Part shown: positions 56,652 through 64,000 of the stretch, in pieces
How the letters are laid out: each line of letters starts with the position of its first letter
Numbering within the stretch: position 1 is the stretch's first letter
From: Patescibacteria group bacterium
Lineage (GTDB): Bacteria > Patescibacteriota > Microgenomatia > UBA1400 > PJMF01
Length of the DNA: 64,000 bases
Assembly: GCA_023382875.1 (NCBI GenBank)
Contig: JAHDXH010000001.1
Span: 95,527 to 159,526, forward strand
Direction of reading: 5' to 3'
Notes under the pieces: model-generated
Seen by the model: only the letters and a program-made list of their open reading frames with translations
What the model was told of the DNA's origin: nothing
Database searches by the model: none
Program-made: the position numbers and the translations under genes

Positions 56652-56680
56652 TTTTCTAGTATTTCTACTGTAGGCCAAAA

Positions 56681-57874
56681 TTATTTTACAATTTTGGTGA
56701 TTGCACCAGCGCCGATGGTGTGACCACCTTCGCGGATAGCAAATCTTAAGCCTTCGTGCAAAGCAACTGGCACAATGAGTTTAACACTCATTTTAGCGTT
56801 GTCGCCTGGCATGACCATTTCGACACCTGCTGGCAAAGTGACTTCACCAGTGACGTCAGTGGTTCTGATGTAGAACTGTGGTCTGTAACCAGTAAAGAAT
56901 GGTTTGTGACGACCGCCTTCTTCTTTGGTCAAAACGTAGACCTCAGCTTCGAATTCAGTGTGAGCTTTAGCAGTGCCGGTTTTGGCCAAAACTTGACCTC
57001 TCTCGACAGCTTCTTTTTCGATACCTCTTAAGAGGATACCGACGTTGTCACCAGCTTGACCTTGGTCAAGAAGTTTTCTGAACATTTCAACACCAGTAAC
57101 GACTGATTTTTGAGTGTCTTTGATACCGACAATTTCGATTTCATCGTTAACTTTGATGATACCGGTTTCGACTCTACCAGTGACGACAGTACCTCTACCT
57201 TTGATAGAGAAAACGTCTTCAATTGGCATTAAGAATGGTTTGTCCAATTCGCGAACTGGATCTGGGATCCATGAGTCACAAGTTTGGATAAGTTTGAAAA
57301 CTCCATCTTGAGCTTCTGCATCACCTTCGAGGGCTTTGAGAGCACTAACACGAACGACAGGAATGTTGTCACCGTCGAAGTCGTATTTGGTTAAGAGTTC
57401 GCGGACTTCCATTTCGACTAAGTCAAGAAGTTCGGCGTCATCAACCATGTCACATTTGTTCAATGCAACCACAATTTGTGGAACGTTCACTTGTTTAGCC
57501 AAGAGAATGTGTTCGCGGGTTTGTGGCATTGGACCGTCAGTAGCAGCGACGACCAAAATAGCACCGTCCATTTGAGCAGCACCTGTGATCATGTTTTTGA
57601 TGTAGTCAGCGTGACCTGGAGCGTCAATGTGAGCATAGTGTCTCTTTTCAGATTCGTACTCAATGTGAGAAAGGTTGATCGTGACTCCACGAGCAATTTC
57701 CTCTGGACTTGATTCGATATCTGCATAAACCATAGCTTTGTTAGTTTCACAAGGAACTTTCTTAGCTAAAGTTTGAGTAATTGCAGCAGTTAAAGTGGTC
57801 TTGCCGTGGTCAACGTGGCCGATAGTGCCGATGTTAACGTGAGGCTTGGCGCGATTAAATTTGTTGTCTGCCAT
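56681..57874 (-). CDS. tuf: Elongation factor Tu
   Basis: The motifs [18 protein letters not shown] and NKCD are present. Length is 397 aa. Confidence 0.97.
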   Translation of the reverse strand: MADNKFNRAKPHVNIGTIGHVDHGKTTLTAAITQTLAKKVPCETNKAMVYADIESSPEEIARGVTINLSHIEYESEKRHYAHIDAPGHADYIKNMITGAAQMDGAILVVAATDGPMPQTREHILLAKQVNVPQIVVALNKCDMVDDAELLDLVEMEVRELLTKYDFDGDNIPVVRVSALKALEGDAEAQDGVFKLIQTCDSWIPDPVRELDKPFLMPIEDVFSIKGRGTVVTGRVETGIIKVNDEIEIVGIKDTQKSVVTGVEMFRKLLDQGQAGDNVGILLRGIEKEAVERGQVLAKTGTAKAHTEFEAEVYVLTKEEGGRHKPFFTGYRPQFYIRTTDVTGEVTLPAGVEMVMPGDNAKMSVKLIVPVALHEGLRFAIREGGHTIGAGAITKIVK

Positions 57875-57929
57875 AATGTCTCCTTTATTTTTTATTAATT
57901 GGCTTTTACTAATTTATACTAATTCTATG

Positions 57930-60047
57930 TTATTTCTTTCGTTCTTCTTGGATTTTCTCCACAATGCTTTGAGGAACAGGTTCGTAAGTATGTGGGAGCA
58001 TCACACTTGAGGCTCTACCTTGAGTCATACTTCTAAGAATTGTAACATAGCCCTGCATTTCAGCCAACGGCACTAAGGCTGTGATAATAACCACATTACC
58101 TCTGTTGGTTGTGCCTTGAATTTGGCCGCGGCGACTTGATAGGTCACCAATGACATCACCCATAAAGTTTTCTGGGGTGGTCACTTCAACTTTCATCACT
58201 GGCTCAAGTAAGACCATGCCAGCTTTGGCAGTAGATTCTCTCATAGCGAGGGAACCTGCCATTTTGAATGAAAGTTCTGAAGAGTCAACTTCGTGGTAAG
58301 AACCGTCGAATAAAGTAACTTTAATGTCAGTCATTGGGTAACCAGCCAAGAAACCTCTCTCGAGAGATTCTTGAACACCTTTGTCGGTTGGAGTAATGTA
58401 TTCACGAGGAACGACACCACCCTTGATTTCGTTAACAAATTCGTAGCCTGTGCCTCTTTCTTTTGGTTCGATTCTGAGCCAAACGTGACCATATTGACCG
58501 CGACCACCAGTTTGCTTGATGTATTTACCTTCACCTTCAGCGGCTTTGGTAATAGTTTCTCTGTAAGCAACTTGGGGAGCACCGATGTTGGCATCAACTT
58601 TGAACTCTCTCTTCATACGATCAACCAAAATTTCCAAGTGAAGTTCGCCCATACCACCAATGATGGTTTGACCGGTTTCATGGTTGGTTTTGATCGCAAA
58701 GGTAGGATCTTCTTCAGATAATTTAGCCAAAGCTAAGCCCATTTTTTCTTGGTCAGATTTGGTTTTTGGTTCAATAGCCAAAGAGATAACTGGTTCAGCA
58801 AAGTTAATACCTTCCAAAATAATTGGTGCGGTTTCTTCACAAAGAGTGTCACCAGTTCTAGTGTCTTTTAAGCCCACGATTGCGACGATTTCACCAGCTT
58901 TTGCTTCTTGAATATCTTCTCTTTCGTTAGCGTGCATGAGCAGTAAACGACCAACTCTTTCTTTGACGTTTCTGGTGGAGTTATAAATGTAACTACCAGC
59001 TTGAATGGTTCCAGAGTAAATACGAGTGTAGGTAAGTTTACCAACGTGTGGGTCAGTTTGGATTTTGAAAGCCAAAGCTGAGGTTTTTTCTTCAGGAATA
59101 AGGCGACGAGTTTCTTCGGCGTGAGTTTTTGGATTCTCGCCGTTGATATGTTCAACATCACTTGGTGATGGTAAGTACTCAACCACGGCATCAAGCATTG
59201 GTTGAACGCCAGTGTTCTTGAGGGAAGAGCCACAGTAAACAGGAACGAGTTGATAGTTGATGACAGCTCTTCTCAAAGCGGCTTTGAGGTCGTTGAGCTC
59301 GAGTGGTTCATCAGCAAAGAATTTTTCGAGCAATGCTTCATCGGTTTCAGCAATAGCTTCAACTAATTGAGCTCTGAGTTCTTCAACTTGATCTTTATAT
59401 TCTTCAGGAATTTCTTTGACTTCTGGTTCAGTGTCTTGCTCGTTATCTTTCCAGTATAAGGCTTTTCTCTCCAGAAGTTGGATCATGCCTCTGAACTCAT
59501 TTTCTTTACCCATTGGCAAGACCATGATGGCTGGTTTGACACCAAACTTGGTTTTAATGTCTTCGACAGTGGCGAAGAAATCAGCACCTAATTTGTCCAT
59601 TTTGTTAACGAAACAAATTCTTGGAACGTTATATTTGTCAGCCTGGCGCCAGACAGTTTCAGATTGAGATTGAACACCTTCTGAAGCGTCAAGAACAGTG
59701 ATTCCACCATCCAAAACACGGAGTGAGCGTTCAACTTCAGCAGTGAAGTCAACGTGTCCGGGAGTGTCGATGATGTTGAAACGATATTTAGCTTTAGCTA
59801 AGTGAGTATCAAAGTGTGGTTCCCAGAAAGCAGTAGTAGCGGCAGAAACGATGGTAATGCCTCTTTCTTGCTCTTGAGCCATCCAGTCCATGGTAGCAGC
59901 GCCTTCGTGAACTTCACCGATTTTATAGTTACGACCAGTAAAGAACAAAATACGTTCTGTAGTGGTAGTTTTTCCAGCATCAATATGGGCAATAATACCG
60001 ATATTGCGGACTCTTTCTAATGGGACACGAATGTTATAGCTACTCAT
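57930..60047 (-). CDS. fusA: Elongation factor G
   Basis: The motifs [21 protein letters not shown] and NKMD are present. Length is 705 aa. Confidence 0.97.
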   Translation of the reverse strand: MSSYNIRVPLERVRNIGIIAHIDAGKTTTTERILFFTGRNYKIGEVHEGAATMDWMAQEQERGITIVSAATTAFWEPHFDTHLAKAKYRFNIIDTPGHVDFTAEVERSLRVLDGGITVLDASEGVQSQSETVWRQADKYNVPRICFVNKMDKLGADFFATVEDIKTKFGVKPAIMVLPMGKENEFRGMIQLLERKALYWKDNEQDTEPEVKEIPEEYKDQVEELRAQLVEAIAETDEALLEKFFADEPLELNDLKAALRRAVINYQLVPVYCGSSLKNTGVQPMLDAVVEYLPSPSDVEHINGENPKTHAEETRRLIPEEKTSALAFKIQTDPHVGKLTYTRIYSGTIQAGSYIYNSTRNVKERVGRLLLMHANEREDIQEAKAGEIVAIVGLKDTRTGDTLCEETAPIILEGINFAEPVISLAIEPKTKSDQEKMGLALAKLSEEDPTFAIKTNHETGQTIIGGMGELHLEILVDRMKREFKVDANIGAPQVAYRETITKAAEGEGKYIKQTGGRGQYGHVWLRIEPKERGTGYEFVNEIKGGVVPREYITPTDKGVQESLERGFLAGYPMTDIKVTLFDGSYHEVDSSELSFKMAGSLAMRESTAKAGMVLLEPVMKVEVTTPENFMGDVIGDLSSRRGQIQGTTNRGNVVIITALVPLAEMQGYVTILRSMTQGRASSVMLPHTYEPVPQSIVEKIQEERKK

Positions 60048-60099
60048 ATAAGTAAATAAATATTATTAACAACTGTAATACTGGAAAAGCTCAATTGGC

Positions 60100-60576
60100 C
60101 TACCACCTGAAGTGAGAGAAGGCTTTGTTGGCTTCTGCCATTTTGTGGGAAGCGTTCTTCTTAGAGATAGAACCACCCAAGTTTTCCAAAGCATCCAACA
60201 TCTCAGCTGCCAATTTGTCAGCAAATGTGTGATATTGTTTGTTTGGTCTCTTGTTTGATTCTTCAATTAGCCAGCGAACGGCCAAAGAAAAACCTCTTTT
60301 GGTGCGGATTGGCATAGGCACTTGGTAAGCAGCACCACCAACACGACGAGAGCGGACTTCCATTTGTGGAGTAACGTTCTCTAAAACGGCATCTAACAAT
60401 TCTAATGGTTTTTTGCCAATTTTTTCACTGGCAATTTCCAAAGCTTGATAGACTTCTTTTTGAGCAACGCTTTTTTTGCCATCTCTCATGGCACGATTGA
60501 TTAATTTAGCCACTTTAACTGAGCCATATTTGGCATCAGGAAGGACTTCTCGGATTTTAGCTTGTTTGGATCTCAT
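60100..60576 (-). CDS. rpsG: 30S ribosomal protein S7
   Basis: It is a 158-aa protein of typical S7 sequence and sits in str-operon context. Confidence 0.95.
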   Translation of the reverse strand: MRSKQAKIREVLPDAKYGSVKVAKLINRAMRDGKKSVAQKEVYQALEIASEKIGKKPLELLDAVLENVTPQMEVRSRRVGGAAYQVPMPIRTKRGFSLAVRWLIEESNKRPNKQYHTFADKLAAEMLDALENLGGSISKKNASHKMAEANKAFSHFRW

Positions 60577-60577
60577 T

Positions 60578-60988
60578 TTAACCCTTCTTTACACCGTATT
60601 TACTTCTACTAGTCTTACGGTTAGTAACACCAGCACAGTCGAATTTGCCGCGGACGATGTGATATTTCACACCAGGTAAGTCTTTAACTCTTCCGCCTCT
60701 AACCAACACTACGGAGTGTTCTGCCAAGTTGTGACCTTCGCCCATGATATAAGCGGTGACTTCAACTTTATTGGACAGTCTAACTCTAGCCACTTTACGC
60801 AAAGCTGAGTTTGGTTTCTTTGGAGTCATGGTTTTGACCAAAGTACAAACACCACGCTTTTGTGGATTGGTGGTTTTGGTAGGTCGACCAGTGATAGTGT
60901 TAAAACTACGTCTAAAAGCGGTAGCTTTAACTCTGGTTGGTCGAGTTTTTCGTCCGCCTTGGCGGATGAGTTGATTAATTGTAGGCAT
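60578..60988 (-). CDS. rpsL: 30S ribosomal protein S12
   Basis: The motifs are PTINQLIR...[11 protein letters not shown]...[23 protein letters not shown]. Confidence 0.97.
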   Translation of the reverse strand: MPTINQLIRQGGRKTRPTRVKATAFRRSFNTITGRPTKTTNPQKRGVCTLVKTMTPKKPNSALRKVARVRLSNKVEVTAYIMGEGHNLAEHSVVLVRGGRVKDLPGVKYHIVRGKFDCAGVTNRKTSRSKYGVKKG

Positions 60989-61055
60989 AAATACTTGCTT
61001 GTTTCACTAACAATACATTAATACAAAATAGGTCATGATTATAACACACATTCCC

Positions 61056-64000
61056 CTAGCTTTCGATTTCAATCGAAGCTTTTTCAGCACTGGTGGGGAT
61101 GAGTCTACCAATAATGACGTTTTCTTTAAGTCCCTCAAGGTAATCAACAGCACCTGATGCTGCGGCATCGGTCAACACATTTTTGGTGTGTTGGAATGAG
61201 GCTGCAGATAACCATGAACTGGTAAAGAGAGATGATCTGGTAATACCCAAGATCATAACCTTAGCAGTAGCTGGTTCACCGCCAGCGGCCATGGTTGCAT
61301 CATTTTCCTTAACGAACTTATTTCTTTCGATAACTTCTCCGGTCAAGAAGTCGGTGTCGCCTGGATTCTCGACTTGAACCTTGTCAGCCATTTTTCTCAA
61401 GATAACTTCGAAGTGTTTGTCGTGAATTGGAATACCCTGAGATTCATAAACACCTTGAGCTTGTGCCAAGACGTATTCTTGGGTTGAAAGCAAGCCTTTG
61501 GTATTAAGAATTTCTTTTGGATCGACTGAACCTTTGGTGAGTTGAGCGCCCATGTGGACCATATCGCCTTCTGAGACTAAGAGTTCAGAGTTATTGGCCA
61601 CTTTGTAGGATGCTTCTTCATCGCCATCAGCAGTGATTTTGATCAAAGTGTATTTTTCAGTTGTTTCAATTGAAACTTTACCAGCGACAGCGGTGATTGG
61701 AGCTTGGCTCTTTGGAGTACGAGCTTCGAAAAGCTCTTCGACTCTTGGTAAACCTTGAGTCACGTCCAAGCCGACGATACCACCGGAGTGCTTAACACGC
61801 ATGGTAAGCTGAGTTCCAGGTTCACCGATTGATTGAGCAGCAATGACACCCACTGGAACACCTAGTTCGACTTCGTCTCTGGTTGAGAAGTCCCAACCAT
61901 AACACTTAGCACACATGCCGAGTGGTGACTCACAAGTGAGTGGTGAGCGAACGTCTACAGCTTCGATTCCGAGACTGTCAACTTCTTCAGCCAATTCTTG
62001 AGTAATGATGTCGTTAGCAGCGACTAAAACTTTATTACCTTTTTTAATGTCTTTACTTGCGTAACGACCGGTAATTCGTTTAGCGAACACTTCTGGTCTA
62101 TCTTCTCTTCTGATTTCTAGACCTTTGGTGGTTTCACAGTCAGCTAATCTGATAATCACGTCGTGAGCAACGTCGACCAATCTACGAGTTAAGTAACCAG
62201 CGTCAGCAGTTTTCAAAGCTGAGTCAGTCAAACCTTTTCTTGAACCACGAGCAGAGGTCACGTATTCGAAAATTGACAAACCTTGTCTAAAGTTAGATTT
62301 GGTAGGCATTTCCACAATGTTACCAAGTGGGTCAACGACCAAACCTCTCATGGCAGCAAGCTGTTTGACCTGATCGCGGGAAGCACGGGTACCACCGGAA
62401 TTAATCATGACTTTGACAGCGTTGTCTTCATCATAAGAATCCCAGGTTTGGTTGGCCACTTCGTCAGTGGTTGCAATCCAGAGGTCCACGTTCATGCGCT
62501 TTCTTTCGTCGCCAGTAATCAAACCTTGGAGATAGTTTTCTTGAATCTCTTCAGCTTTTTTGTTGGCTTCAGCGATAATTACGTCTTTAGCTTCAATCAT
62601 CTTACAGTCAGAGACAGCAACGGATAAACCAGATTTGGTAATACTAGCAAAACCGAGGTCTTTGATAGTGTCAATTAAAGTAGCAACGCGTTCGTTATCT
62701 TCGTGCTCAATGGCTTTGGTAACAATCTGTTTAATGACTTTAGCAGTCACAGCAGAATTGATGAAACCATACCAAGCTGGCAAGATATCGTTGAATTTCA
62801 AACGACCAACAGTGGTTTCAATAATCTTAGTTTCGTTGTCAACTTGAGTTCTAACCTTGATGAGTTGTCTTTCAGAAATAAGGCCGATTTGGTTAGCGTG
62901 ATAAGCTTCATCTTTGGAAGCAAAAATGGTGCTAACTTTTTCAGCTTTAGTGTCAACATCAGTCATGTAGAAAACACCAAGAGCCATGTCTTTGTTTGGC
63001 ACAGTGATTGGTTCACCGTTAGCTGGTTTCAAAAGGTTGTTTGATGGCATCATCAAATCTCTTGATTCTTCTTGAGCGGCTTTGGTCAAAGGCACGTGAA
63101 CAGCCATTTGGTCACCGTCGAAGTCAGCGTTATAGCCAGAACAGACACATGGGTGAAGTTGAATGGCATTACCTTCAGTCAATTGTGGGTAGAAAGATTG
63201 CATACCCAATTTGTGAAGGGTTGGAGCACGGTTCAAAATCACAGGGTGATTTTTGGTCACTCTTTCCAAAATGTCGTAGACGATTGGTTCTTTTCTCTCC
63301 AATAAGTGTTTGGCGGTTTTGACGTTTGGTGAAATTCCACCAGAAATCAATTCGCGAAGCACGTATGGTTTGAACATTTCCAGAGCGATGTCTTTTGGTA
63401 AACCACATTCATTAAGTTTGAGATGTGGACCAACAACGATAACGGAACGACCTGAGTAGTCAACACGTTTACCCAACAAGTTTTGACGGAAGCGACCTTG
63501 TTTACCTTTAAGCATCTCAGAAAGTGAGCGCAAAGGCCTTCTGGTAGCGCGTCTGTTTTGTCGAGCTTGAGTGGAGTCAATCAATGAGTCCACAGCTTCT
63601 TGAAGCATTCTTTTTTCGTTGCGCAAGATAATTTCTGGAGCACCGAGGTTGATCAAATGTTTCAAACGGTTGTTGCGGTTGATAACTCTTCTATATAAGT
63701 CATTTAGGTCTGAGGTAGCAAAGCGACCGCCAGATAATTGAACCATTGGACGAAGGTCTGGTGGGATGACAGGTAAGATACTAATAAACATCCAAGCTGG
63801 ATCGATATTAGCTTTTCTTAAACCTTCGGCAACTCTCAAACGTTTGATGGCTTTGATGCGTTTGGCACCTTTGTTTTCATCCATCTCTTTTCTGAGTTTT
63901 TCCACTAAAGTATCAAGATTGATATCTTTGACCAATTCCATGACACTTTCAGCGCCCATACCAACTCTAATGTGATCAACGGCGTTGTATTCATCAAGCT
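61056..64000 (-). CDS. rpoC: DNA-directed RNA polymerase beta' subunit; the 3' (C-terminal) part, with the N-terminal part beyond the window end
   Basis: The catalytic motif is NADFDGDQMAVHVP. The frame stays open to position 64000 (...LDEYNAVDHIRVGMGAESVMELV), so the listed Met at 63959 is internal. Confidence 0.95.
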   Translation of the reverse strand, partial: LDEYNAVDHIRVGMGAESVMELVKDINLDTLVEKLRKEMDENKGAKRIKAIKRLRVAEGLRKANIDPAWMFISILPVIPPDLRPMVQLSGGRFATSDLNDLYRRVINRNNRLKHLINLGAPEIILRNEKRMLQEAVDSLIDSTQARQNRRATRRPLRSLSEMLKGKQGRFRQNLLGKRVDYSGRSVIVVGPHLKLNECGLPKDIALEMFKPYVLRELISGGISPNVKTAKHLLERKEPIVYDILERVTKNHPVILNRAPTLHKLGMQSFYPQLTEGNAIQLHPCVCSGYNADFDGDQMAVHVPLTKAAQEESRDLMMPSNNLLKPANGEPITVPNKDMALGVFYMTDVDTKAEKVSTIFASKDEAYHANQIGLISERQLIKVRTQVDNETKIIETTVGRLKFNDILPAWYGFINSAVTAKVIKQIVTKAIEHEDNERVATLIDTIKDLGFASITKSGLSVAVSDCKMIEAKDVIIAEANKKAEEIQENYLQGLITGDERKRMNVDLWIATTDEVANQTWDSYDEDNAVKVMINSGGTRASRDQVKQLAAMRGLVVDPLGNIVEMPTKSNFRQGLSIFEYVTSARGSRKGLTDSALKTADAGYLTRRLVDVAHDVIIRLADCETTKGLEIRREDRPEVFAKRITGRYASKDIKKGNKVLVAANDIITQELAEEVDSLGIEAVDVRSPLTCESPLGMCAKCYGWDFSTRDEVELGVPVGVIAAQSIGEPGTQLTMRVKHSGGIVGLDVTQGLPRVEELFEARTPKSQAPITAVAGKVSIETTEKYTLIKITADGDEEASYKVANNSELLVSEGDMVHMGAQLTKGSVDPKEILNTKGLLSTQEYVLAQAQGVYESQGIPIHDKHFEVILRKMADKVQVENPGDTDFLTGEVIERNKFVKENDATMAAGGEPATAKVMILGITRSSLFTSSWLSAASFQHTKNVLTDAAASGAVDYLEGLKENVIIGRLIPTSAEKASIEIES

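Noticed and set aside
1-64000. CRISPR arrays, rRNA genes, transposases or integrases
   Set aside because: No regularly spaced direct repeats, no 16S/23S/5S signatures and no DDE or tyrosine-recombinase ORFs were seen. The only mobile-like signal is the 9-bp direct repeat pair around the high-GC island, which is reported as a finding.

Overview
The window is a 64 kb, low-GC (about 38%), gene-dense stretch of a bacterial chromosome. Nearly every ORF can be assigned by eye. Call confidence is highest for housekeeping genes and lower for envelope and hypothetical ORFs. The gene content and short proteins suggest a reduced-genome organism with a Gram-positive-type envelope, possibly Candidate Phyla Radiation or Saccharibacteria-like; this is inference only. 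No CRISPR array, rRNA gene, transposase or integrase was seen.

Annotated content, in order along the window:
- SOS/repair cluster: uvrA (interrupted by a frameshift at a T7 homopolymer), uvrB, a PduO-type cobalamin adenosyltransferase, lexA and a DedA membrane protein.
- Lower-glycolysis operon on the minus strand: a diverged PEP-utilizing-enzyme homologue, then enolase, then iPGM. Enolase carries a Pro/Thr/Glu-rich C-terminal tail and iPGM a similar N-terminal tail.
- Sugar-nucleotide and envelope genes: a nucleotidyltransferase with a hexapeptide-repeat domain, a NUDIX hydrolase, a phosphohexomutase and a holA-like ORF.
- Divisome/cell-wall module: ftsE (with a His-rich acidic tail) and ftsX, then two paralogous secreted coiled-coil peptidoglycan-hydrolase-like proteins. 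One carries a C39-like cysteine peptidase domain. The other carries an apparently circularly permuted M23 domain. A small sortase-substrate-like peptide and a sortase follow.
- A roughly 1 kb high-GC island encoding an acidic secreted protein, flanked by 9-bp direct repeats.
- A long minus-strand envelope block: three polytopic GT-C-like membrane proteins (one of them 1128 aa), an LTD surface protein, VanZ, HU, UppP, Lon, RF2 and a cyclophilin.
- A second block: a CAP-domain protein, an RmlA-like transferase, ComM, tRNA-Ile, a GH-A-like hydrolase, a candidate small RNA, tRNA-Leu, a YgjP hydrolase, gap, pyrH, a FemAB protein, PcrA/UvrD and tpiA.
- Two tandem small paralogous genes, each with its own consensus promoter and terminator.
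- The str operon: tuf, fusA, rpsG, rpsL and the 3' part of rpoC.

The most likely novel content is the FtsEX-linked dual-hydrolase, permuted-M23 and sortase module. Next are the high-GC insertion, the small paralog pair, the candidate sRNA and the PEP-synthase homologue that appears to lack its catalytic residues.
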